From an uncultured cyanobacterium (lineage in GTDB: Bacteria > Cyanobacteriota > Cyanobacteriia > PCC-9006 > JAAUQQ01), in NCBI GenBank assembly GCA_963718615.1, contig OY970368.1, positions 3,520,001 to 3,584,000 of the forward strand: DNA of 64,000 nucleotides, written 5' to 3'. The notes beneath the pieces are model-generated. The model ran no database searches. It was not told where the DNA came from and saw only the letters and a program-made list of their open reading frames with translations. The stretch's first letter is position 1. The number at the start of each line of letters is the position of its first letter. The position numbers were made by a program, and so were the translations under genes. Below are positions 10,499-19,221 of the stretch, piece after piece.

Positions 10499-11707
10499 TT
10501 AGCCCGTCACCAACTGCCGATATCGATCGCCCAACTCCGGCCAAGTAAACGATTCCTCAATATAGGTCCGCGCATTCCGCGCCAAAGTTTGCCGCAACTC
10601 CCCATCGCCCAACAGCCGAAACACCGCTGCAATCGTCTCCTCCGCCGTATTTGCCCGCAAGGCTCGCAGAGGAACCCCTTCCCCATCCATGGCTAGACCC
10701 TCTAGGGCGCGATCGCTCCCCACCACCGGTACCCCCGCCGCCATGGCTTCCAGCGTCTTGTTTTTAATCCCAAACCCTGCCCGCATGGGTGCAACAAATA
10801 ACGTCGATTCATGCAACGCATCCGCCAAAGAAGGCACCCGTCCCGTGACAATAACCCCCGGATGGTTGGCTAAGGATTTCACCGATTCATGAGGCCGATT
10901 GCCGACAATCGCTAACGTCAATTCAGGATAACGGGTCTGAATCTGGGGAAAAATATCCTGGGCCAAATGTAGAGCCGTATCGATATTAATCGAATAGTCA
11001 AACGTACCCGTAAAAATGAGCTGAGGCCGCTCAGGTTCCTGAGTACGATAGGTAAATTCGTTGAGGTCTACACCGTTGGGAATCACTTCCGAATCGAGCT
11101 CTGAAACCATCTGCAAAATTTGGGATTGATCTTCTGGGGTTGTAACAGCAGCAGCGGAAAACTTTTGGTAGGACTGCTGCTCATAGCGACGCAAAAGGGG
11201 GAGCGTGAGGCGATCGCGCCAAACATTATCCGTAATTCCCAAATCCAAATTGCTCAGCTTGGTGCAATAGTCCGAGCTATGGACATTGATAATTGTGCGA
11301 ACTTTACCCTTCCATTCGGGTCGAATATAGAGCGCATTGACGCTGTGCTCACAGGTGATGGCCTCGAAACGGTTTTGGGCGATCGCCTCATCCAACCAAG
11401 CCTGAACTTCAGGAGCGTAATAGTGCTGCACATTGGGCGGCGTCCCGGTCAGGAGATAGTCGCCGAGGCGTTGTAGTTTAGCGGATAACCCCGCCGAGGC
11501 CGTCTGAGGCGGTTCAAACAAAACCAGCTCATCCACATGTTGTCGCAACGCCGCAATCTCTTCGTCCGTGACATAGGGCTCCTGAAACGCCAGCAGCGTG
11601 ATCCGATGCTGCGCCCGCAACGCTTCAAGACAATAGAACGTGCGAATCTCAGTACCTCCACGGGTGGCGGGGTAGGGAAATTTGGCGGAGAGCATCAAAA
11701 CGTTCAT
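10499..11707 (-). CDS. Glycosyltransferase family 4 (GT-B)
   Basis: FPYP..RGGTEIR, VIPNGVD, GIKNKTLEAMAAGVPVV. Likely start ATG 11707 (MNVLMLS). Confidence 0.9.
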   Translation of the reverse strand: MNVLMLSAKFPYPATRGGTEIRTFYCLEALRAQHRITLLAFQEPYVTDEEIAALRQHVDELVLFEPPQTASAGLSAKLQRLGDYLLTGTPPNVQHYYAPEVQAWLDEAIAQNRFEAITCEHSVNALYIRPEWKGKVRTIINVHSSDYCTKLSNLDLGITDNVWRDRLTLPLLRRYEQQSYQKFSAAAVTTPEDQSQILQMVSELDSEVIPNGVDLNEFTYRTQEPERPQLIFTGTFDYSINIDTALHLAQDIFPQIQTRYPELTLAIVGNRPHESVKSLANHPGVIVTGRVPSLADALHESTLFVAPMRAGFGIKNKTLEAMAAGVPVVGSDRALEGLAMDGEGVPLRALRANTAEETIAAVFRLLGDGELRQTLARNARTYIEESFTWPELGDRYRQLVTG

Positions 11708-11941
11708 AGGACGGTGGCTGGGCAAAGGACAGGGAAGGAAGAAAGAACAGGTGCCAGTGAATAGGTGCTAGTGAATAGGTGCAAGTAACGTAACCCCGAC
11801 CCTTTGATTGTTCCCAAAATCAGCAGGGGGTGATGGGGCGATCGCGAAAAAACACAGGCCCCACAAAACCCGATAGAATAGCCATCCGTCAACTTTGCTG
11901 AAAAATTTGCCGATCCCCTTGGGCGATCGCCTTTCCCCACC

Positions 11942-12760
11942 ATGGACGTCACCCTCCCCGCTCCTCCTGCTCTGCCCTCCAAAAACGCCAAAAAACTAGA
12001 GGCCCAGCTCCGGGGTCTTGTGGGTCGGGCAATCGAAGATTATCGCATGATCGAGGCGGGCGATCGCGTCATGGTCTGTCTTTCCGGCGGCAAGGATTCC
12101 TATACCTTGCTCTCGCTGTTGATGTCGCTACAACGTCGTGCCCCAGTTGACTTTGAACTCTTAGCGGTCAACCTCAATCAAAAGCAGCCCGGTTTTCCCA
12201 CGGACGTCCTGCCCAATTATTTCAAAGCCGTCGGCGTGCCCTACCGCATCGTCGAACAAGATACCTACAGCACCGTTACCCGCATTATTCCGGCGGGGCA
12301 AACCCTGTGTGGGCTCTGTTCCAGACTGCGTCGGGGCGTGCTCTACCGCGTGGCGGCTGAGGAGGGTGCCACCAAAATCGCCTTGGGTCACCATCGCGAT
12401 GACATCGTCGAAACCCTTTTTCTAAATATGTTCCACGGGGGGCGGATGAAAGCCATGCCCCCTAAGCTCCGCACCGACGACGGCCAACACATCGTGATTC
12501 GGCCCCTCGCCTATTGCGCCGAAAAGGACATTGCCCGCTACGCCCGCTACCGTGAATTTCCGATCATTCCCTGCAACCTCTGTGGCTCCCAGGAGAATCT
12601 CCAGCGGGTGCAAATCAAGCAAATGCTTCAGGCTTGGGAGGCGGAGACCCCAGGCCGGATTGATAGCCTATTTCGCAGTTTGCAAAACGTTACGCCGTCC
12701 CATTTGGCGGATATTAACTTGTTTAATTTTGCCGAGTTGTTGCCTCAACGCTTGCCCTAA
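11942..12760 (+). CDS. ttcA: tRNA 2-thiocytidine(32) synthetase
   Basis: SGGKDS PP-loop, [26 protein letters not shown]. Confidence 0.95.
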   Translation: MDVTLPAPPALPSKNAKKLEAQLRGLVGRAIEDYRMIEAGDRVMVCLSGGKDSYTLLSLLMSLQRRAPVDFELLAVNLNQKQPGFPTDVLPNYFKAVGVPYRIVEQDTYSTVTRIIPAGQTLCGLCSRLRRGVLYRVAAEEGATKIALGHHRDDIVETLFLNMFHGGRMKAMPPKLRTDDGQHIVIRPLAYCAEKDIARYARYREFPIIPCNLCGSQENLQRVQIKQMLQAWEAETPGRIDSLFRSLQNVTPSHLADINLFNFAELLPQRLP

Positions 12761-13214
12761 AGGTCAACGGTCCGACCACGCCATTCACATTGGAAACCGG
12801 CTTGCCCGTCCGCTGGAGCAAAATTACCGCTTCGCGGGTGCGGGGACCAAAGAGACCGTCGATCGCCCCATGATACAACCGCTGACGCTGGAGGCCCTGC
12901 TGGAGTTGACGGACGCTTTTGCCGCGATCGCCCTGGCGCAAAAACCGACCTGGCTGGCGATCGGGCCATTCCCACTCGGCAGCCAAAGCCCGCCACGTAT
13001 CTGGGTTGACGATGCCATCGGCTTCAACGGGTTGATGGGCCTGGAAATTCAGCACTGCGATCTCAGTCAGCGGTCCAAAAATACCATCGACAGCTCCCAG
13101 TTCGTCCAGATCCGCCCCGGCTCTGGCCAGGAGCAAATGCTGTAAATCAAACACTTCAGGGCCACGGGAGCCTTGCTTGAGGACGGTGATTGTGATGACT
13201 GCCATGGGTTTCAC
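12723..13214 (-). CDS. Stand-alone protein with two PG-binding domains
   Basis: [14 protein letters not shown]...[13 protein letters not shown]...DGIVNPDTW and [14 protein letters not shown]...[12 protein letters not shown]; no signal peptide; 38-bp convergent overlap with ttcA. Confidence 0.85.
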   Translation of the reverse strand: MKPMAVITITVLKQGSRGPEVFDLQHLLLARAGADLDELGAVDGIFGPLTEIAVLNFQAHQPVEADGIVNPDTWRALAAEWEWPDRQPGRFLRQGDRGKSVRQLQQGLQRQRLYHGAIDGLFGPRTREAVILLQRTGKPVSNVNGVVGPLTFRASVEATTRQN

Positions 13215-13368
13215 TCCTGAGAGAGGACTTTATCCTTTTCCATTCCATTGTCGTCAATTCCACGGAGTTTGGCCTCACCCGTAAGGGTACTTTTCAGCCT
13301 TTGCCATTTCCCCAAAACACGGCTAGAGTCATGGCCGTTCAAAATCGCGGAATCCCCATTCAGGTTTT

Positions 13369-13875
13369 ATGGCTCAGCTTGCTCCCCTCCAACTTGAAGA
13401 CGGCACGATGATTTATATCGAAGCCGAAGCAATGATTGCTGAACCCCTGGCGATCGCCTCCCCTTCTGAGCCCCTCACTCCCGAACCCACCCGAGGTGAC
13501 GGTGGCGGCGCAGCCAAAGGCTGGAACAGTAGCCATCAAACCAGTAACCAGCACACCAGTAACCAGCCAACAGCCAGCCGTACCGCCGCAACGAATCGCC
13601 TAGCCTCCTTGGAAACCACTATCCAGTCCTACACCCGCTCCGCCGTCCAGGCAGTCCAGCAAGTCGCCACGGGGAACATCAACAAAGTCACACTGGAATT
13701 CGGGGTCAAAATCAGCGGTGAAGCGGGCATTCCGTACATCACCAAGGGCACGGCAGAAAGCAATCTGAAGGTGACGGTGGAATGTGCCTTTGCCAAGCTC
13801 AATGCCGAGAACTTGCATGCCGAGAACTTGCATGCCGAGAACTTGAATGCCGAGAACCTGAATACCGAGGCATAG
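13369..13875 (+). CDS. CU044_2847/Trypco1-like (protease co-occurring) protein
   Basis: LQLEDGTMIYIEA N-terminus and KVTLEFGVKISGEAGIPYITKGTAESNLKVTVEC C-terminal beta-hairpin pattern. Confidence 0.75.
   Translation: MAQLAPLQLEDGTMIYIEAEAMIAEPLAIASPSEPLTPEPTRGDGGGAAKGWNSSHQTSNQHTSNQPTASRTAATNRLASLETTIQSYTRSAVQAVQQVATGNINKVTLEFGVKISGEAGIPYITKGTAESNLKVTVECAFAKLNAENLHAENLHAENLNAENLNTEA
13798..13872. repeat. 15-bp tandem repeat ([T/C]TG[C/A]ATGCCGAGAAC, about 5 copies)
   Basis: aatgccgagaacttg catgccgagaacttg catgccgagaacttg aatgccgagaacctg aataccgag; reads [N/H]AENL on + and SSRH[A/S] on -. Confidence 0.9.
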
Positions 13876-15175
13876 CCCAAGCCAGCGTTGCGGCCCGGCC
13901 CACCATGAGCATCACCATCGCCAGCCACAGGAGCGTCGGACTTTGGCGCTGCCCTGCCGCGATCGCCACTGGCCCATAGAATCCCAAGACTGACACCAGC
14001 GAGGCATTGCGCAGGACTCGCCCCGCCGTTAAACCCAGAAAATAGCCGTCTAGGGTGAAGGCGATCGCCCCAATCCCTAACACAGGCAGTAACCATCCCG
14101 AAAACTGGGCAACGGTTGCCAAAACATCGGTGTGGGAGGTTAGCAATTGGAAGAGACTGGGAAATTGGATAAAGGCGATCGCAAACAAGACCCCCGTTAC
14201 CACGCTGACCCCACCGGACAGTCCTAGGAGCTGGCGGAGCTGGGCTTGCGCGCCACCCTCGCCCCAAAACCGACCGGCGAACGTTTCTGTGGCAAAGGCA
14301 AACCCGTCGATCCAGTAGGAGGCAAGCCCCACCCCCTGAATAAGTAAACTGTTCGCCGCCAGAATTTCGGTCCCCATGCCTGCACCGAGACGGGTGAAAC
14401 TGCTAAAGGCCGAAACCAGCACAAAGGTGCGAATCAAAATATCGCGGTTGAGCTGGAACAGGGCTTTGAGGGCGGGCCAGTCGAGGAGCTGTTTGCGTAG
14501 AACTGGCCAGTTTTGATCGCGCAACTCACCCCAGAGAAAGCCTAAACCCGCTCCCAGCATCAGGTACTGGCTGAGGGCTGTTGCTGCCCCGGCCCCAGCG
14601 CTGGCCCAACCCAGCCGAACGACAAAACCATAGTCCAGAATGATATTAGCTCCATTGGCGATCGCCGATAGGATTAAGACCCGCCGTCCCTGTCCCTGTC
14701 CTAAAAACCAGCCCAGCAAAACAAAATTCAGCAGCGTTGCCGGAGCATCCCAGACGCGGCTATGGAAGAAGGCAATGCCCGCCTGCTGCACGGCATCGCT
14801 GCCGCCAAGCAACGCAAAGCCCAGTTGGCGTAGGGGGATTTGAAATAGGAGAATCCCAAACCCGGCGATCAGAGCGATCGCCCCATTCCGCACCAAAATC
14901 AACAAAAGCTGACCCTGCCGATCTTCGCCACTACCCAACACCTGGGCCGTCATGCCAGTGGTTCCCATGCGCAGAAAGCCAAAGGTCCAGTAGAGGTAGT
15001 TAAACAAGACAGTTGCTAGAGCAACCCCAGCCAGATACCTGATATCACTGAGATGTCCCAGAAAGGCGGTATCAATTAGACCGGCGAGGGGCACAAGCAA
15101 GTTGGAGAGAATATTGGCAGCGGAGAGCTTGAAAAAAGCCCCAGTAAAAGACGGAAATTTCGGGAGCGCGACCAT
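13799..15175 (-). CDS. MATE family efflux transporter (DinF-like)
   Basis: NILSNLLVPLAGLIDTAFLGHL, GFLRMGTTG, DGFAFATE; about 12 TM segments. Likely start ATG 15175. Confidence 0.92.
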   Translation of the reverse strand: MVALPKFPSFTGAFFKLSAANILSNLLVPLAGLIDTAFLGHLSDIRYLAGVALATVLFNYLYWTFGFLRMGTTGMTAQVLGSGEDRQGQLLLILVRNGAIALIAGFGILLFQIPLRQLGFALLGGSDAVQQAGIAFFHSRVWDAPATLLNFVLLGWFLGQGQGRRVLILSAIANGANIILDYGFVVRLGWASAGAGAATALSQYLMLGAGLGFLWGELRDQNWPVLRKQLLDWPALKALFQLNRDILIRTFVLVSAFSSFTRLGAGMGTEILAANSLLIQGVGLASYWIDGFAFATETFAGRFWGEGGAQAQLRQLLGLSGGVSVVTGVLFAIAFIQFPSLFQLLTSHTDVLATVAQFSGWLLPVLGIGAIAFTLDGYFLGLTAGRVLRNASLVSVLGFYGPVAIAAGQRQSPTLLWLAMVMLMVGRAATLAWAMPRYSGSRHSSSRHASSRHASSRH

Positions 15176-15300
15176 AGGGGAGGAACCGGAAAAGGGCCGG
15201 AAAAATGTGGTTTGAGGCAAGATAGACGGCTCAAGCTGCCGGGAGATTCCACCATTTCACCGGAATTCCATCGCGTCCACCTCGATACCCTCCATTTCTA

Positions 15301-15309
15301 TGCTACGAT
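15301..15309 (+). promoter_or_regulatory. Putative extended -10 promoter of rpsO (TGCTACGAT)
   Basis: Matches TGnTAnnnT about 47 nt upstream of the rpsO ATG. Confidence 0.45.
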
Positions 15310-15355
15310 TAGCGATCGTGACTTACTGAACGATCTCAAACCCGCGTTTATATCC

Positions 15356-15625
15356 ATGGCTCTCACCCAACAGCAGAAGCAAGAACTCATGAGCGACTAC
15401 CAGGTCCACGAGACGGACACTGGTTCGGCAGACTTGCAGGTTGCGATGCTCTCGCACCGCATTAAGCAGCTCAGTGAGCACCTCCAGAAGAACAAAAAAG
15501 ACTACGCTTCTCGCCAAGGGCTGCTGAAGATGATTGGTCGCCGTAAGCGTCTGCTGGGCTATATCCAAAAGCATGACGTCGAGCGTTACCGGTCGTTGAT
15601 TCAGAAGCTCGGCATTCGCGGTTAA
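15356..15625 (+). CDS. rpsO: 30S ribosomal protein S15
   Basis: MALTQQQKQE...HETDTGSADLQVAML...RQGLLKMIGRRKRLL; 89 aa from ATG 15356. Confidence 0.98.
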   Translation: MALTQQQKQELMSDYQVHETDTGSADLQVAMLSHRIKQLSEHLQKNKKDYASRQGLLKMIGRRKRLLGYIQKHDVERYRSLIQKLGIRG

Positions 15626-15629
15626 ACCC

Positions 15630-16148
15630 ATGGCGGACCCCAAATCTCTCAGTGATGAGCAGGAGCGCCTCCCCTTTGAGCCCAGCAAGGGCCGTAAAAA
15701 GAAGGAGGCGACTCAGGCTCATAAACCCAAGGCGGAGCCCCGGCGAGGCAGTCCTGAAGACAAGGCCAGTCGGCGCAGTGCTTCGCGGGCATCCAATCGC
15801 CCCAAATCTCTGGAGGAGACTCGCATTCCAGATGCCGTGGGCAAGCGGATGATCACGCGCATGGCCTTATTTTCTGGGATCCCGACTTTTCTCGGTGTTG
15901 CGACCTTTTTCGCGGCTTATTTTGTCATCACCCAAGGAATTTTTGAAATTCCCAACGTGTTTGTGGTCTCCACCAGCATGCTTTTCTTCGGCCTGGGCGT
16001 GGTTGGTTTGAGTTATGGGGTCCTCTCCGCTTCCTGGGAAGAAGAGGTCTCCGGAACAGCCCTGGGAGCCCAGGAATTTGCCTTAAACTTTAGTCGCTTG
16101 AGGGGCGCTTGGCGCGAGGCCCGCGAGGCTAAAGCTAAAAAGGATTGA
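15630..16148 (+). CDS. PAM68 family (PSII assembly) protein
   Basis: RLPFEP, IP..V.KRM..RM..F.GIPT, GLSYGVLSASWEE; conserved position after rpsO in cyanobacteria. Confidence 0.88.
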   Translation: MADPKSLSDEQERLPFEPSKGRKKKEATQAHKPKAEPRRGSPEDKASRRSASRASNRPKSLEETRIPDAVGKRMITRMALFSGIPTFLGVATFFAAYFVITQGIFEIPNVFVVSTSMLFFGLGVVGLSYGVLSASWEEEVSGTALGAQEFALNFSRLRGAWREAREAKAKKD

Positions 16149-16288
16149 AGTGCTAACTGAATGCTGATTGAAGCACTGCTGCCTGTTGCCCGCCATGGGT
16201 GACCCGCTACGTTTCGGCTTCTGCATTTTGATAGATGCTCGGCTCTGGGAGCTACCGCTAGGATCAGGCGGTTCATCGCTGAGGGTGC

Positions 16289-18259
16289 TTGAATCCGCCT
16301 GTGACTTCTTTTGTGCCGTCCGGTAGCCTGCTCTTCCTGGCCATCGTTGCGAGCCTGCTGCTGTCGATCGCCTTTCAGCTTCTTCTTGCAAATTTGGGGC
16401 TAGCCGTAGGGTTAACCCTGGCGAAGCCAGCCCTTGATTTGGCCTCTGCCCAGCCGGAATCCCCGTCTAGCACATCTCAGTCCCGTGGCTCTCGTGCTCC
16501 AGAGTCTCAGTCTCCAGATAACGGTTTAGCCGGTCTAGGGGCATGGGCGGGACTCGGCCTTTGTTTGGGTCTGGATATGGTTTTGTTTGCCTCTTGTTTC
16601 CTGACCGTGCGGTTGAGCTTTTTGCAGGCACCCGTGTTGGGTGCAACGCTGGGTCTGATTACCTGGGCAGCCCATCTGCTGCTGTTATTTTGGGTGAGTA
16701 CTACAGCGGTCGGGTCTACACTGGAGGTGTTGCTAGGGGGGACGACAGCAGGGATTCGTAAGCTACTCCGTTGGGTTCGGCAAACCCCGAAGGATCTGGA
16801 TGACAAGAGCGATACTGAAAAGAGCGATACTGAAAAGAGCGATGGCGATCGCCTCAATCAAATCCAAAACCAGCTCAACAGGGCACTCCATCAGTTGGAG
16901 GAGATGCAAGCTCAAATGCGGGATTCGCTCCACCCCATTGCATCGCCACAAATTTCATCGCCACAAATTTCATCACCGCAAATTTCACCAGACCTGTCGA
17001 CCAGCGCATCGCAACCAGATCCTGCATCCGATGCACTCTTGCCCCAACTACGAGAAAAGTTGACGACTGTTTTAGACAACCTGGATTTTGATCTCAAGGC
17101 GAAGCTGCAAGAAGCCCTCGCTGAAATCGATCCCTCCGACTGGGATTTAGCAACGCTGTGGCAGCAGATGCGCTCCCCAGGCAAACTAGAGGATTCAGAA
17201 CCAGAGAGCCCAGAACCAGAGAGCCCAAAACCAGATTCGCCTCGCCTGTCTGACGCGGCCATTGCCGATGTTAATACCCAGCTCCAAAGTTACTTTCGAT
17301 ATACCAACCGTAAAAAGTTAACCCCCGAGGGCGTGACCCAAAAGCTAGAAGTGGTCTTGACGCCTTGGATTGCCACGGATAACTTCCCGGATAACTTCAC
17401 GGATAACTTAGCGATCGCCCGCAGCGCCATAAGCGCCATCGATCAAGCAGCACTCAAAACAATTTTGACCCATCGTAATAGCCTGTCGCCCCGCCGAGTC
17501 CAGAAACTCCTCGCTCCATTGCAACAGGAACAACCTCTCAAGGCGAATCAAACGGCCCCTGTCCCGGAGCCAGGGACGGCAATCGAGTCCAAAGCGCTCA
17601 AAGAACCCAAAGCGCTCACAGCGTTCAAAGCCAACACGCTGCATCCAGTTGTAGAAACTCTGCAATCGCTGTTTCAAGACTTAGATTTGGGCGTAGAGGT
17701 CAGTCAACTGTCCTGGGCTGAGGTGCAAAGTGTGCTGTGGGAATTTTCTTCTGAAAGTTTCGAGGCTGAAAATCTAGATCTAGAAATTTTGCAAGAACGC
17801 TGGGGGCGATCGCTCCACCATTGGACCCAAACAGCACAGGGTGCGGTTCAAACCTTAGAAGATCAGCTTAAAGCCACAGCTCAAGAATCGACTGCACTTT
17901 TAAGTCATTTGCCAGAACATCCGCTTCATCAACTGCAAAACCAGGTCCAAAGCTTACTCGGAGGCACCCTGGCAGAGCTACAAAATCTTCCCCATTTGCC
18001 CCAAGCGGCTGCCGAACAATTGCAAACGATGCTGACTCAAACCCAGTCCCAAATCGTCAGGCAGATTGAGCAAGCCCAGGCCGGTCTGGAAACTCAAGCG
18101 CAGCAGTTACAAACCCAGGCGATCGCCCAAGCTGAAGCTGTTCGACATTTGGCGGCGATCGCGGCCTGGTGGCTGTTTGCCCTGGTCTTTTCTTCGGGCT
18201 GCACGGCAGCTCTAGCCGGTTACTGGGCAGCTTTACAAAATGCCTCTTGCCTCGTCTGA
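16289..18259 (+). CDS. Hypothetical membrane protein (N-terminal TM bundle, helical middle, C-terminal TM)
   Basis: Three hydrophobic segments, Gln-rich coiled-coil, AAWWLF C-terminal anchor; several 12-15 bp in-frame duplications. Confidence 0.6.
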   Translation: MNPPVTSFVPSGSLLFLAIVASLLLSIAFQLLLANLGLAVGLTLAKPALDLASAQPESPSSTSQSRGSRAPESQSPDNGLAGLGAWAGLGLCLGLDMVLFASCFLTVRLSFLQAPVLGATLGLITWAAHLLLLFWVSTTAVGSTLEVLLGGTTAGIRKLLRWVRQTPKDLDDKSDTEKSDTEKSDGDRLNQIQNQLNRALHQLEEMQAQMRDSLHPIASPQISSPQISSPQISPDLSTSASQPDPASDALLPQLREKLTTVLDNLDFDLKAKLQEALAEIDPSDWDLATLWQQMRSPGKLEDSEPESPEPESPKPDSPRLSDAAIADVNTQLQSYFRYTNRKKLTPEGVTQKLEVVLTPWIATDNFPDNFTDNLAIARSAISAIDQAALKTILTHRNSLSPRRVQKLLAPLQQEQPLKANQTAPVPEPGTAIESKALKEPKALTAFKANTLHPVVETLQSLFQDLDLGVEVSQLSWAEVQSVLWEFSSESFEAENLDLEILQERWGRSLHHWTQTAQGAVQTLEDQLKATAQESTALLSHLPEHPLHQLQNQVQSLLGGTLAELQNLPHLPQAAAEQLQTMLTQTQSQIVRQIEQAQAGLETQAQQLQTQAIAQAEAVRHLAAIAAWWLFALVFSSGCTAALAGYWAALQNASCLV

Positions 18260-18527
18260 TCCAAGTTTATAAGTTGGTAGTGCTTTTGTGTCAAAATAGA
18301 TTGATCTTCCCCTCAAGAAGTAGACAGAGAAGTTAAGCTGCGACGGATTGATTGAGAGAGAGCCAGTATTGCGCCTCAAATTGAACAGGGGGAGAGAAAA
18401 CCAATGGGTGAGGCTTGACGCTGACCTAAGGCTGCCTCTAATGCCGTCAACAGGGTTAAACGGAAATCCGTGCAAAGATTTCTGAAGAAAAAGCATTCTA
18501 GGTCTTCCTATCCAGGGAATTACGGAT

Positions 18528-18639
18528 ATTATGCAGAATAGTGTTCCGTCTCATCTCCCTCATTCGGGATTATGCGGAATTGGGTTTCTGCATAATCTTC
18601 TGTGTTGGGTATTATGCAGAATCCGATTCCATCTAATGG
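18528..18639. repeat. Three phased ~29-bp imperfect palindromes with ATTATGC[A/G]GAA arms
   Basis: ATTATGCAGAA at 18528, ATTATGCGGAA at 18569, inverted TTCTGCATAAT at 18586, ATTATGCAGAA at 18611. Confidence 0.8.
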
Positions 18640-18730
18640 CTGTTTTGGATAAATAGGCCGGACAGATCCTATATAATGCCCCATCTCAAGGAATTAGACA
18701 GAATTAATTCAGTTTAATTAACCATTGTAT

Positions 18731-19110
18731 GCGCGATTCGAAGTCGTTCGGGGGAGCTGGAAAGAACTCCAAAATTCTTTCCCAGCTAGTGTTCAATCGG
18801 ATGTCCACCTCGGAATGTTCAACTAGTAATGAGAGGGAAGAATCAGCAGATTATCCGCTTGCGACAAGGACAATGTCAGCTATGTGGGAGTCTCTTTTCA
18901 ACAGAGAACTGCTGCATGTTCATCACAATCTGCCGCGTCGTCTAGGAGGGACTAAGCATGCTTCCAATTTTATGGCACTCCATCGAGTTTGCCATCAACA
19001 ATTGCATCGTTGAGCCATAAATTTTGCTTGATTTGTGTACAGTACAAGTTGTACGCGCGGTTCTAAGGAGAGAGGGGAGGCTATATATGAAACCTATCCC
19101 TTTATCCAAC
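18731..19110 (+). mobile_element. Degenerate, internally deleted group II intron (HNH fragment plus domain V/VI relic)
   Basis: GCGCGATTCG at 18731 resembles a GTGCG 5' end. Frameshifted IEP C-terminus RQGQCQLCG / ESLFNRELLHVHH.LP..LGG....NFMALH..CHQQLH. Then TGTGTACAGTACAAGTTGTACGCGCGGTTCTAAGGAGAG (domain V-like) and ...CCCTTTATCCAAC (domain VI end-like). Confidence 0.7.
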
Positions 19111-19221
19111 GACTATTGGTATTTACTTCTAACAACCTGCGAAGAATTTTTTTCTTGAAGGATTAGGTTGAATACCATTGCTCTTAGATACAAAATCTAA
19201 ACGAATCTGAAGGAGTCTAAA

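Noticed and set aside
18528-18639. Mini CRISPR array
   Set aside because: Only three divergent units with ~13-bp gaps, far shorter than spacers; no cas genes seen.
18729-19013. Functional 94-aa HNH nuclease as a fourth gene of the island
   Set aside because: The CxxC part lies in another frame and intron domain V/VI follows, so it is better explained as an intron remnant.
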